A DNA stretch of 35,614 nucleotides from the UHGV virus genome UHGV-0227898. One strand, given 5' to 3'. The notes under the pieces were generated by a model. That model had not been told where the DNA came from and did no database searches. It saw only the letters and a list, made by a program, of their open reading frames with translations. Position 1 is the first letter of the stretch, and each line of letters opens with the position of its first letter. Source of the DNA: a virus. This document shows, piece by piece, positions 8,093-15,858 of the stretch. A program made the position numbers and the translations under genes.

Positions 8093-8653
8093 TTAGCGTA
8101 CCTGTAATGAACGTTCGCTGACTTCCAGATGCGCACCCGGTACCGGATTAAGCAACTCTTCCGGTACCTCACCACCATCGGCTTTGATCTGTTCCGCTGC
8201 TGCCTCGGCTGCCTCTATCCTTTCTTTGATGGCCTTCTTGTCAGGGGCGATTACCGTCTGAACTGTGACCACTTCATCAGGCAAGGCGTCAAGGTTATCG
8301 ATCACAACGCTTACTGAACCCTGACGAGCGGTAAAGGTGTTTCTGGGGGTTTTCAGCTTATCCAGTCCAGCACCTAACAAGCATGACAGAATGTACTTGC
8401 GGAGGTGCTTGTCTTTATTTTCGAAAGACTTTTTGCGTTCAGCCAGACGCTTCATTTCTTCGTCACAGGTTTTCGCGTTGCCCAGGTTATTACGCGCCAC
8501 CACCATAACTGCATCCAGGCGATCGGCCAGCTCACCTTCAATCCCTTCCAGGGTGTCGGCGATCATTTCCGGCGTCAACTCGTCAGAGGTTTCCAGCAGG
8601 TTTAACAGGCTGGAGTAATCATTTGCCAATGCGATTGCGGTTACCTTGCTCAT
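8093..8653 (-). CDS. Acidic coiled-coil early protein, possibly Siphovirus-Gp157-like (partner of the annealing protein)
   Basis: 186 aa, very acidic, predicted long helices. Located directly downstream of the Rad52-like gene with 4-bp overlap. Family assignment from memory only. Confidence 0.3.
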   Translation of the reverse strand: MSKVTAIALANDYSSLLNLLETSDELTPEMIADTLEGIEGELADRLDAVMVVARNNLGNAKTCDEEMKRLAERKKSFENKDKHLRKYILSCLLGAGLDKLKTPRNTFTARQGSVSVVIDNLDALPDEVVTVQTVIAPDKKAIKERIEAAEAAAEQIKADGGEVPEELLNPVPGAHLEVSERSLQVR

Positions 8654-10875
8654 GCTGTTTTCTCCTGGGTTTTGTTCAGTTCTTTCAGACGTTCGTCTTT
8701 GATGGTGGTCAGGCGACGCAGGCGTTTACTCAGGTAATTAGCATGCTGGCTGTCGCCTTTAGCCTCAGCATCTTTACGGTGCACCTCCACTTCACGGGCG
8801 ATAGATGCGAATACTTTTGTAACTTCGTTGGCAGAGACACCAGTTGCCAGCGTGTTTGCCACCCGTGTGAGTTTGTCGTCCAGTTCCTGACGCAGACGTG
8901 CAGCATCTTCTGCGTTATCGCTGGCGTTTTTAAGGGCGAATTCTTCTTTATTTTTCTGCCGATATTCAGGGTTGTCATAGAGACCCATAAAGATATCGGC
9001 GCTGAAACCGAGGGAAGAGAGCGCCTTTTTGGTCGCATCGGTAAGTGATTTTTTAGTCGCTTCGCCGTCGCAAATTGGGCCGTGTTTACTCCCGTAGATA
9101 TACTGCGTACAGCCGAAAGAGATCTCTTCTCCGCGTTCACCGTTACGCACATACCAGAGGCGAATCTTAATGACGTGGTGTTTTTCTGTGAGATATCCTC
9201 CGACACCGTTTGGAATAAGTTCCCATGTATTATTCCCGTCCGGTCCTTTTACGATGCGGGTTATTGGTGCGCCATCATCAAAACGCTCCTCAAGGATATC
9301 AACGCCCCAGCCAATACCTTTCGGGCCGAATTCCCGGGTGGCCAGCATCGTCATATATGTGCCGTTGATCGATGTACCGCCACCGTTAACACTAAACTGC
9401 TTGGTAAAACGCTCATCGGTTTTGAAAACGCGTTTCCAGAGAGCAAGGTTTTCCAGTTCTGTGCCGGTGCGTTCGGAGAGGCTCTTTTCAACGTCATTAA
9501 CGTTAGGGCGTGGCTCATCTTGCACCTGATGGGCTTCTGGTTGCTCCGCGACTTTATCTTGATCGCTGCTGTCCAGCTCCTGATTTGATTCACTGGCGTA
9601 AACGCTGTAGCCCATTTTATTGAGCGTTTCACGCGCGGCTTCTGCCTGTGAATCAGTAACCACTTCCACTTTTTCCACCTCATTTGAGGCGTTCTGCGCT
9701 GTGGTCTGAGTTTCTGTTTTTACCCATTTGGGATCGGTAGGGTCACTGATACCGTCAACATACTCGCCACGCCCAGCGGCCAGAGATTTACTGGTTGCTT
9801 CCGAATCATTAGGGCTATGTTCGAACACACCATTTTCGGCAAGCCAACTGTCGATAAAGCGGCGTAATGAATCGGGGAAGTGATGCGTATCTTTCGCTGG
9901 CACATTCTGGATAACGCCAAAAATAGTGTCGCGGGAATATTTGAGGATCTGCTCAGTAGTGCGCAGCGCCATAGACCAGCGCTTAAAGTCTTCCCGGTCT
10001 TCTTCAATGATACGTTCCGCCTGGCGCAGAGCGCTGACAGATACAGTGGTCGCTGGCTCTATTGGCAACAGTGCGAGAGCGATCTCCTGATCCAGAGTGG
10101 CATATGTGTGTTTGTAACCGCGCTGTGGTGCAACCTGAACGTGGGTATTATCTTCCGTGCTGGTGCTGGTGCTGGTGCTGGTGCTGTTCTGAGGCAGCAT
10201 TTCTTCACGTTTGCCCGGGTTGTCAGTCCATTTTTTAATAAACGAGTAAAGCGCGGCGCCGCCGGGTAACTGGTTCTCAAACTTCACATAAATTGCCTGC
10301 AGGAGATTATTAAGCCCCTCCTGGTGCATGTAGTGAACAGGTGGGTGCGCTTCCATCGCATTAATGATGTAACGATTTAAGCGATCATCCTCCTCGTCAC
10401 CGTACTGGCTGGTGTTTTCGAGATTATCAAGATAGTCACAAACCTGAGAATAAATCTCCCCATCCAGCTGGGCGAGGCCAAATAACACCACCGTTGCGAA
10501 GCGTTCGCGCGGCGAAATAGTCATGAAGTCTAATTTTTCATCATTGTCAGGAAGGTGGCTCATCCCGCCAGTTGGTTCGGCGTTTGCCATCCACTTTTCG
10601 CCATCGAACGTATGGGACTTAGCAAAGTGCTCGTCAAACTTGCCGATCTCCGGGTGAGGCTGATCAGCTGTGTTTTCCCATATTTCAGGTTTAAAGAAGT
10701 TATCGCCGTTCGCCGGATAGTGCTCCCAGAGCTTACCCGTCACGATGCTTTCTGCGATTTTTTTGTTGGGTGCTTCCACGCTGATCGCCAACGCAACGGC
10801 ACCATCTTTGATGGCCGATTTTTTCGGCTTAAACAGGCAGTTGTAAACTGAGATTGTCACTTGGTCTTTCCTCAT
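8650..10875 (-). CDS. Large early protein (about 740 aa) whose C-terminal 250 aa is a Rad52/Rad22-family single-strand annealing domain; N-terminal 450 aa of unknown function; contains a (Ser-Thr)5 repeat and a long acidic linker
   Basis: C-terminal segment FSVNGGGTSINGTYMTMLATREFGPKGIGWGVDIL...ISFGCTQY... has the Rad52/22 hallmark (FGP.GxGWG). The true start may be GTG 10860, since ATGAGGAAAGACCAAGTG contains the conserved RBS cassette. Confidence 0.6.
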   Translation of the reverse strand: MRKDQVTISVYNCLFKPKKSAIKDGAVALAISVEAPNKKIAESIVTGKLWEHYPANGDNFFKPEIWENTADQPHPEIGKFDEHFAKSHTFDGEKWMANAEPTGGMSHLPDNDEKLDFMTISPRERFATVVLFGLAQLDGEIYSQVCDYLDNLENTSQYGDEEDDRLNRYIINAMEAHPPVHYMHQEGLNNLLQAIYVKFENQLPGGAALYSFIKKWTDNPGKREEMLPQNSTSTSTSTSTEDNTHVQVAPQRGYKHTYATLDQEIALALLPIEPATTVSVSALRQAERIIEEDREDFKRWSMALRTTEQILKYSRDTIFGVIQNVPAKDTHHFPDSLRRFIDSWLAENGVFEHSPNDSEATSKSLAAGRGEYVDGISDPTDPKWVKTETQTTAQNASNEVEKVEVVTDSQAEAARETLNKMGYSVYASESNQELDSSDQDKVAEQPEAHQVQDEPRPNVNDVEKSLSERTGTELENLALWKRVFKTDERFTKQFSVNGGGTSINGTYMTMLATREFGPKGIGWGVDILEERFDDGAPITRIVKGPDGNNTWELIPNGVGGYLTEKHHVIKIRLWYVRNGERGEEISFGCTQYIYGSKHGPICDGEATKKSLTDATKKALSSLGFSADIFMGLYDNPEYRQKNKEEFALKNASDNAEDAARLRQELDDKLTRVANTLATGVSANEVTKVFASIAREVEVHRKDAEAKGDSQHANYLSKRLRRLTTIKDERLKELNKTQEKTA

Positions 10876-10878
10876 TTG

Positions 10879-11067
10879 TTATGCTGCGTTGGTCTTGCGC
10901 AGCTTGTTACGAAGAGATTCAATTTCTTTCTGCAAATGGCGAACTTGTCGTTGGTGCTGAAAGAACGTTACATATCGACCGTTCTTCTGCTTTTCCATGC
11001 AGTCACCAAACTCACCACGACGATCTCCGACAGTGCATGTGTAACGAACTATTCCCATCTCTTTCAT
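10879..11067 (-). CDS. Hypothetical 62-aa early protein
   Basis: Strong RBS GAGGTGAT-CGA-ATG. Confidence 0.5.
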   Translation of the reverse strand: MKEMGIVRYTCTVGDRRGEFGDCMEKQKNGRYVTFFQHQRQVRHLQKEIESLRNKLRKTNAA

Positions 11068-11076
11068 TCGATCACC

Positions 11077-11400
11077 TCAGAACGGAATATCACTTTCCTG
11101 GATTGTGGAATGGTCGATGCACAGCAGCTGTTGGATCTTGTCTTCGATGAAAGCGACGCGCTGGTGCGCCTGGTCGACAATTGACGCCTTTTCTTTCTGG
11201 AGGCGTTCAACCTGTTTACCGATAATGTCGATCGGTTCCGGCTGGTTTATTTCAAGGCAAACAGTGCGCGTTTCCAGGAGCACGTAAAGATCCGGATAGT
11301 TCTGTGACATGTCACAGGTATGAACCAGATAAAGTGCAGGGACGTGGGGGTTAGCAGATACGTGGATGTACAGTGTTACCTGCAGGGGTAGCGCTTCCAT
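11077..11400 (-). CDS. Hypothetical 107-aa protein, first gene of the leftward early operon
   Basis: RBS TAAGGAGCCGCT-ATG. Follows a roughly 400-nt structured leader. Confidence 0.55.
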   Translation of the reverse strand: MEALPLQVTLYIHVSANPHVPALYLVHTCDMSQNYPDLYVLLETRTVCLEINQPEPIDIIGKQVERLQKEKASIVDQAHQRVAFIEDKIQQLLCIDHSTIQESDIPF

Positions 11401-11433
11401 AGCGGCTCCTTACTGATGTATAATTCGAGCCGA

Positions 11434-11586
11434 TCAGCGGCTCATGTCGTTGGTCTTTCCTCGGTACAGGGTTGGTCCCCTGTACCACCTCCGGGCGGTT
11501 TGGTCACTGTCCCGGGTAAAGAAGCCCACCTCGGTGGGTTTTTTTACGTCTGGCGCCCGTCTTTCCGGACTGTCAGGGCTGGTCAT
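11434..11586 (-). CDS. Possible 50-aa basic leader peptide (MTSPDSPERRAPDVKKPTEVGFFTRDSDQTARRWYRGPTLYRGKTNDMSR) in the pL leader
   Basis: Preceded by the conserved cassette CGAGGAAAGACCAACGGGC-ATG. Arg-rich. Very uncertain. Confidence 0.2.
   Translation of the reverse strand: MTSPDSPERRAPDVKKPTEVGFFTRDSDQTARRWYRGPTLYRGKTNDMSR
11524..11546 (+). terminator. Plus-strand rho-independent terminator (gcccac-ctcg-gtgggt + T7) inside the leftward pL leader, i.e. antisense to it
   Basis: Stem-loop followed by ttttttt on the + strand; on the minus strand it is preceded, not followed, by the A/T run. Confidence 0.6.
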
Positions 11587-11800
11587 GCCCGTTGGTCTTT
11601 CCTCGTATTCATTGCCGTGAAAAAAGTGCCCCTCATGGAGACGAGGCAAAGACTACACACAGCAATTTTGGATTCGTTGCGGTCTTTCCCGCATGTCATC
11701 GTACTGGCGGCGACCCGCGAATTTGGTGCCTGTCTTTCCAGACTGTCAGAACGTTTTTCTGAACAACTGCCGCGTGGTTAGTGCGTCGTTGGTGATGTGA

Positions 11801-11829
11801 ATATTAGATTTGAGCATATTTGAGGTCAA
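11801..11829 (-). promoter_or_regulatory. pL-like sigma70 promoter for the leftward early operon (-35 TTGACC, 17-bp spacer, -10 TAATAT on the minus strand)
   Basis: Read on reverse complement: TTGACC-tcaaatatgctcaaatc-TAATAT. Shares CTAATATTCA with the pR region. Confidence 0.55.
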
Positions 11830-11881
11830 GTGCAAAATACTCGTAAAAATAATATTTTTTATATGTGTATGATAAATAAAT

Positions 11882-11906
11882 AAAAAAAAATCCCGCAGGG
11901 CGGGAT
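11882..11906 (-). terminator. Rho-independent terminator of the cI transcript (ATCCCGC-cct-GCGGGAT followed by T9 on the minus strand)
   Basis: 7-bp perfect stem 20 nt past the cI stop; nine Ts downstream on the transcribed strand. Confidence 0.8.
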
Positions 11907-11925
11907 TCAGGAATTTGGCGGGAGT

Positions 11926-12414
11926 TTACTGTTTTCTGGCGGCTAGAAGTTCTTCAAAGAGCTTGTCAAAACCACTTACTTTTTCTTTTAATTCAGCAAG
12001 ATGTCGATCTTTTTCGCTCTGAGGCAGTCTTTCATACAGTTCAATTAATTCTGTTTCTTCTGGCTTAAGCAGTCGCCAGCCAGCAGAAGAATAATCGTCA
12101 ATATGTGTACCAGACTTACGAACGTAGTTCATCAGTTCTGCTAAGTCTGGGCGCAGTTCTTCGGGTTTCACTCCCAATAGTGCGGCAAATTTCAACGCTG
12201 CATCGGTGTTGAGAGGAATGTTGCCATTAAGGTAATGGCTAACAGTAGCCTGTGTGCTGAAGCCGAGCGCATCCGCCGCCTTTTCTTGGGTAAGACGTAA
12301 AGTAACTTTTTTTTCGTTCCAGATATCCCGGAGACGCTGAGCTGTTTCAGCTTCTGCTGCATCGAGCGTTTTCTTTCTCATGGCGTCCATATTATTCGCA
12401 AAATTAATTTGCAC
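11926..12414 (-). CDS. cI: CI-like immunity repressor (HTH_XRE N-terminal domain, no S24 peptidase domain)
   Basis: HTH LTQEKAADALGFSTQATVSHYLNG. Divergent from cro. The start may be an internal ATG (MDAM or MRKK) giving a near-leaderless pRM-type message, because a TAATAT -10 overlaps the first ATG. Confidence 0.75.
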   Translation of the reverse strand: MQINFANNMDAMRKKTLDAAEAETAQRLRDIWNEKKVTLRLTQEKAADALGFSTQATVSHYLNGNIPLNTDAALKFAALLGVKPEELRPDLAELMNYVRKSGTHIDDYSSAGWRLLKPEETELIELYERLPQSEKDRHLAELKEKVSGFDKLFEELLAARKQ

Positions 12415-12429
12415 CCAATCTCATAACTA

Positions 12430-12459
12430 TTGACAGTTTCATATTCTTAAAACTAATAT
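12430..12459 (+). promoter_or_regulatory. pR-like promoter (-35 TTGACA 12430-12435, 18-bp spacer, -10 TAATAT 12454-12459) with flanking inverted half-sites TGACAG/CTGTCA as candidate operators
   Basis: Consensus hexamers read directly; AGGAGG RBS of cro follows. Confidence 0.65.
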
Positions 12460-12489
12460 TCATCTGTCACATATACCTTAGGAGGACCG

Positions 12490-12723
12490 ATGGATCTCAA
12501 AACATTTCTTAAAACTTCTGGTGTACGCCAGAAAGCATTTGCCGTACTCGTAGGGCAGACCCAGGGGTATGTCAGCCGTGTCGCCTCCGGAGAGTGTCTT
12601 CTTGGCGCGGCCACAGCACTTAAATGGGCTGCCGCAACTGAATTCCAGGTAACACCGCATGATCTGCGTCCTGATTTATATCCGAACCCAAAAGACGGGA
12701 TTCCAGACAGGGCAGCAGCTTAA
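12490..12723 (+). CDS. cro: Cro-like HTH repressor
   Basis: 77 aa, HTH QKAFAVLVGQTQGYVSRVASG, AGGAGG-N5-ATG, divergent from cI. Confidence 0.75.
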   Translation: MDLKTFLKTSGVRQKAFAVLVGQTQGYVSRVASGECLLGAATALKWAAATEFQVTPHDLRPDLYPNPKDGIPDRAAA

Positions 12724-12788
12724 CAATCAGCAACCAATAAATCTGATTAAGCCTAATCAGGTTTTCAGCGACAGGAGACGCGAAGGAA

Positions 12789-13235
12789 GTGGAAAACCTC
12801 GAAGAACTGAAACGGGAGATCTTCAACTGGGCCGTAGAGCGCGGGCAGGAACATGTTGCCATCGAAATCACTCGTATGTGGTTCCGAATGGGTGGTAACA
12901 CCAGCACGGTAAAGCTTCACCAGATGGAAGATCCAATGGGTAACGCCGACTGGCGGGCCATAAATAACAATCGCCAGCAAATTTTTCGCTGGTTACGTGG
13001 CGACACCAAAGCGGCAAGAGCCAAAACAAGAGCGCTGGCTAAGGCGATGGAAGCGGCGCTGCCTGCAGAACGATACGCGCAGCTGGGAATGACCACTCAG
13101 CATCTGATATGCGTAGCGATACGCGAGTTTGCAGCGGCGATCATCGCGTTACTGCTGGATGCCAGGGATAGACCGCAGAGGATAGCCCAGGCATTGCAAG
13201 CCATCCAGGAAACACAGCGCCTGACCAGCGTTTAA
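12789..13235 (+). CDS. CII-position regulatory protein, possibly YdaT-like
   Basis: 148 aa at the position of cII. Resemblance to Rac YdaT is from memory and weak. Confidence 0.35.
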   Translation: MENLEELKREIFNWAVERGQEHVAIEITRMWFRMGGNTSTVKLHQMEDPMGNADWRAINNNRQQIFRWLRGDTKAARAKTRALAKAMEAALPAERYAQLGMTTQHLICVAIREFAAAIIALLLDARDRPQRIAQALQAIQETQRLTSV

Positions 13236-13256
13236 CTGTACCGAGGAAAGACCAAC

Positions 13257-13481
13257 ATGCTGAATTCAATTGACCGCATTACCTGGCGGAACGGCTTCCG
13301 TTTGAATGGCGCACCGGCCGTCATGGAAGACATCGAAGATATTTTCGAAGGTCGCCGCGCAGCTGCGTTATCTATCTGGGCGCAGTATGAAAAACTGAAA
13401 GAAGAACTACGCGAAATGGAATTGTCACCTGAGGAATATCAGGCGGCATGCCGTCAAATCGCAGAAACATTGGGGATCTGA
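13257..13481 (+). CDS. Hypothetical 74-aa protein
   Basis: Starts with the conserved cassette CGAGGAAAGACCAAC-ATG; stop overlaps the O-like start region. Confidence 0.5.
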   Translation: MLNSIDRITWRNGFRLNGAPAVMEDIEDIFEGRRAAALSIWAQYEKLKEELREMELSPEEYQAACRQIAETLGI

Positions 13482-13483
13482 TT

Positions 13484-14473
13484 ATGAGTATGACCCTGAT
13501 GGCCCGTGCGATGGCAATTAAAACCGGAAACCCCATCCGCAAACTGGTGCTGATCAAACTGGCTGATAACGCCAATGACAGCGGTGAATGCTGGCCGTCG
13601 TACAAACACATTGCCGATCACTGCGAGTGCAGTAAGAGTGCTGTTCGTGATCACATCGATGCGCTGATCGCTATGGGTTTGCTGGTGAAAGAAAACCGCC
13701 CTGGCATCAAAAATGGTAAGGGTAATGCGTCGAATCTGTATTACATGAAACTCGACAACCCTATGCCGCCAAAAAGCATAGCCCCTATGCCGTCAAAAAG
13801 CACAGGTGTGCCGCCAGAAAGCACACCCCCTATGCCGTGTGGCGGCACCAGAACCAGTCACTCTTTTGAACCAGTCAATGAACCTAAAGATCCCCCTAAC
13901 CCCCAAATGGGGGAGGCCGAGGAAATTATTCTCGCTGACGCGAAAAAAGCGCTCGAGTTTTATAACGACTGCACCGGTACCCGCTGCCGTGACGTTAAAC
14001 CGTTCGTCCTCATGCTCACGCCGACCCTGACACGCGAGGGGTACACTCTGGCCGAACTGCAGTTGGTTATCCGCTGGGTTCTGGCTACATGGCATCGCCG
14101 CGGCTCTGGCGCGCCTAAGCCAGCAAATATCTGCCGGGTGAACCGGTTCGACGGTTATCTCGCTGACGCTGAGGCGTGGGCCACCACAGAGGCGAGTATT
14201 GATCCGGTAGCGGTTGTTGATGCCTACAACGAAATTTTCGCTGACGTACTTCCTGCCGCGACCCTTGACGCTGATCGCCGCCAGAAAATTACGCGCCTTG
14301 CAGCTCACATGATGAATAAAACCACGGGGGCGTTTCTGGGCTACCTGGAAAAATTCCGCAATACCGCCCCAGATTTTTACTTTGGTGGCGAGCACCGCGA
14401 CGGCTGGCGTGCCAGTTTTGATTACCTGATGAAACCGGAAACACTGCGTAAGACAAGGGAAGGTGCACTGTGA
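13484..14473 (+). CDS. Replication initiator / replisome organiser (lambda O-like: N-terminal winged-HTH, iterons inside the gene)
   Basis: N-terminus NPIRKLVLIKLADNANDSGECWPSYKHIADHCECSKSAVRDHIDALIAMGLL typical of phage replication-initiator N-domains. Internal iteron array. Stop overlaps the DnaB start. Confidence 0.7.
   Translation: MSMTLMARAMAIKTGNPIRKLVLIKLADNANDSGECWPSYKHIADHCECSKSAVRDHIDALIAMGLLVKENRPGIKNGKGNASNLYYMKLDNPMPPKSIAPMPSKSTGVPPESTPPMPCGGTRTSHSFEPVNEPKDPPNPQMGEAEEIILADAKKALEFYNDCTGTRCRDVKPFVLMLTPTLTREGYTLAELQLVIRWVLATWHRRGSGAPKPANICRVNRFDGYLADAEAWATTEASIDPVAVVDAYNEIFADVLPAATLDADRRQKITRLAAHMMNKTTGAFLGYLEKFRNTAPDFYFGGEHRDGWRASFDYLMKPETLRKTREGAL
13758..13848. repeat. Origin-like iteron array: 4 tandem about-22-bp repeats (CCCTATGCCGyCAAAAAGCAyAG and variants, one self-palindromic GTGTGCCGCCAGAAAGCACAC) inside the initiator gene
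   Basis: Direct repeats read from sequence; encode the PMPPKSIAPMPSKS... linker. Confidence 0.7.
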
Positions 14474-15858
14474 GTCCTCAGGACCTTGAAGCCTGTGTGC
14501 TGGCTGGCCTGCTGAATGGCGGTGCGACGCCAGACGCATTCGATGTGATCGCCAGCACGCCGGAGGAATCATTCAGCATCGGATTCCATCGCCGCGCTTT
14601 CAGCGAAATAAAAAAACAGGCCCTGGCGAACGGCATGATCGATATGCTTTTCATCAGCGAGGCGCTGGGTGGTTCAAGCCTGGCCGATTTGTCAGATATT
14701 TCCCGCATTCCCGCCACGGTACCAAACCTGAAAGGGTATGCAGGGAAAATGGTCAAAGCATGGCGCAGCCGGGCGCTGGCGAAACTGCTGCAGGATGGGG
14801 CCGACGGCATCCGGCAGGCTGCGAACCAGGAACAACGCGATCAGGTGGTCGAAAACGCCGTCGCGCAGCTGCTGGATATGACTGCTGACACGGGCGACAT
14901 CCAGCCGGTACATATCAACGAGCTTTTGCCTGTTTACATGGATACCGTGCAGAAACGCATGGATGGCGATGAGTCGACCCGCAATTTGCTCACGGGTATT
15001 TCGGATCTCGATAGCGCCACTGGAGGTATTAACCCGCAGGATCTTATCGTCGTTGCTGGCCGCCCGGGCATGGGTAAAACAGAGTTCGCGCTGACCGTGG
15101 TGGAAGGGGTAACAGCCAAAGGAGGCGGCGCGCTGATTTTTAGCATGGAAATGGCGGCCACGCAGATTGTCGAACGGTCCCTGGCTGGTGCCGGAAACCT
15201 GTCCGTATCACGACTGCGAAACCCTCAGGACATGTATGACGAGGACTGGGCGCGCCTGACATCAGCGATGGCCACACTTAACGACCGGGATATCTGGATT
15301 GTAGACGCTACCGATCTCACCGTTGAACAAATCCGCGCGATTGCGGAAACGCACAAACGCCGCCACCCGCATTTAGCGATGATCATGGTCGACTACCTCG
15401 GCTTGATAAAAAAACCAAAGGCGGAGCGTAACGATCTCGCTGTCGCACATATTTCGCGAAACCTCAAAACGATGGCTATGCGCCTGCACACACCTACTTT
15501 CGCGCTGAGCCAGCTCTCCCGTGCCGTTGATGCGCGCCCGGCAACCCAGCGCCGTCCGGTGATGTCAGACCTGCGTGATTCCGGTTCTATTGAGCAGGAC
15601 GCCGACAGCATCCTGTTTCTGTATCGCGACGAGGTTTATGACCCTGAAAGCCCGGCAGCAGGACTGGCCGAAGTCATTCTCGGTAAGTGCCGCTTTGCCG
15701 CAGCCGGTACCGTAGTTTACCAGGAATTCAAGAACGGCCATTTCTTACCAATCGATCAACATGTTGGGAAAGAGAAAACCCGCATTCAACTGGAGGCAGC
15801 CAAACCCAAAAAACAGCAGCGTCGGTATTCCGACAAATACAACACCGAACCGTTTTAA
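14470..15858 (+). CDS. DnaB-family replicative DNA helicase
   Basis: 462 aa. Walker A GRPGMGKTEFAL, DnaB C-terminal domain motifs. GTG start overlapping the initiator stop (GTGA). Confidence 0.85.
   Translation: MSPQDLEACVLAGLLNGGATPDAFDVIASTPEESFSIGFHRRAFSEIKKQALANGMIDMLFISEALGGSSLADLSDISRIPATVPNLKGYAGKMVKAWRSRALAKLLQDGADGIRQAANQEQRDQVVENAVAQLLDMTADTGDIQPVHINELLPVYMDTVQKRMDGDESTRNLLTGISDLDSATGGINPQDLIVVAGRPGMGKTEFALTVVEGVTAKGGGALIFSMEMAATQIVERSLAGAGNLSVSRLRNPQDMYDEDWARLTSAMATLNDRDIWIVDATDLTVEQIRAIAETHKRRHPHLAMIMVDYLGLIKKPKAERNDLAVAHISRNLKTMAMRLHTPTFALSQLSRAVDARPATQRRPVMSDLRDSGSIEQDADSILFLYRDEVYDPESPAAGLAEVILGKCRFAAAGTVVYQEFKNGHFLPIDQHVGKEKTRIQLEAAKPKKQQRRYSDKYNTEPF

Noticed and set aside
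9082-9588. 168-aa and 119-aa plus-strand ORFs inside the annealing-protein gene
   Set aside because: Antisense to a gene with a recognisable Rad52 domain; no RBS.
11416-11781. 121-aa plus-strand ORF across the pL leader
   Set aside because: No RBS. It runs antisense to the early-left leader and through a terminator on its own strand. It is better explained as noncoding regulatory DNA.
12765-12980. Minus-strand ORFs overlapping cro and the CII-position gene (12478-12660, 12620-12907, 12765-12980)
   Set aside because: Antisense to genes with clear RBS and HTH motifs; no start signals.
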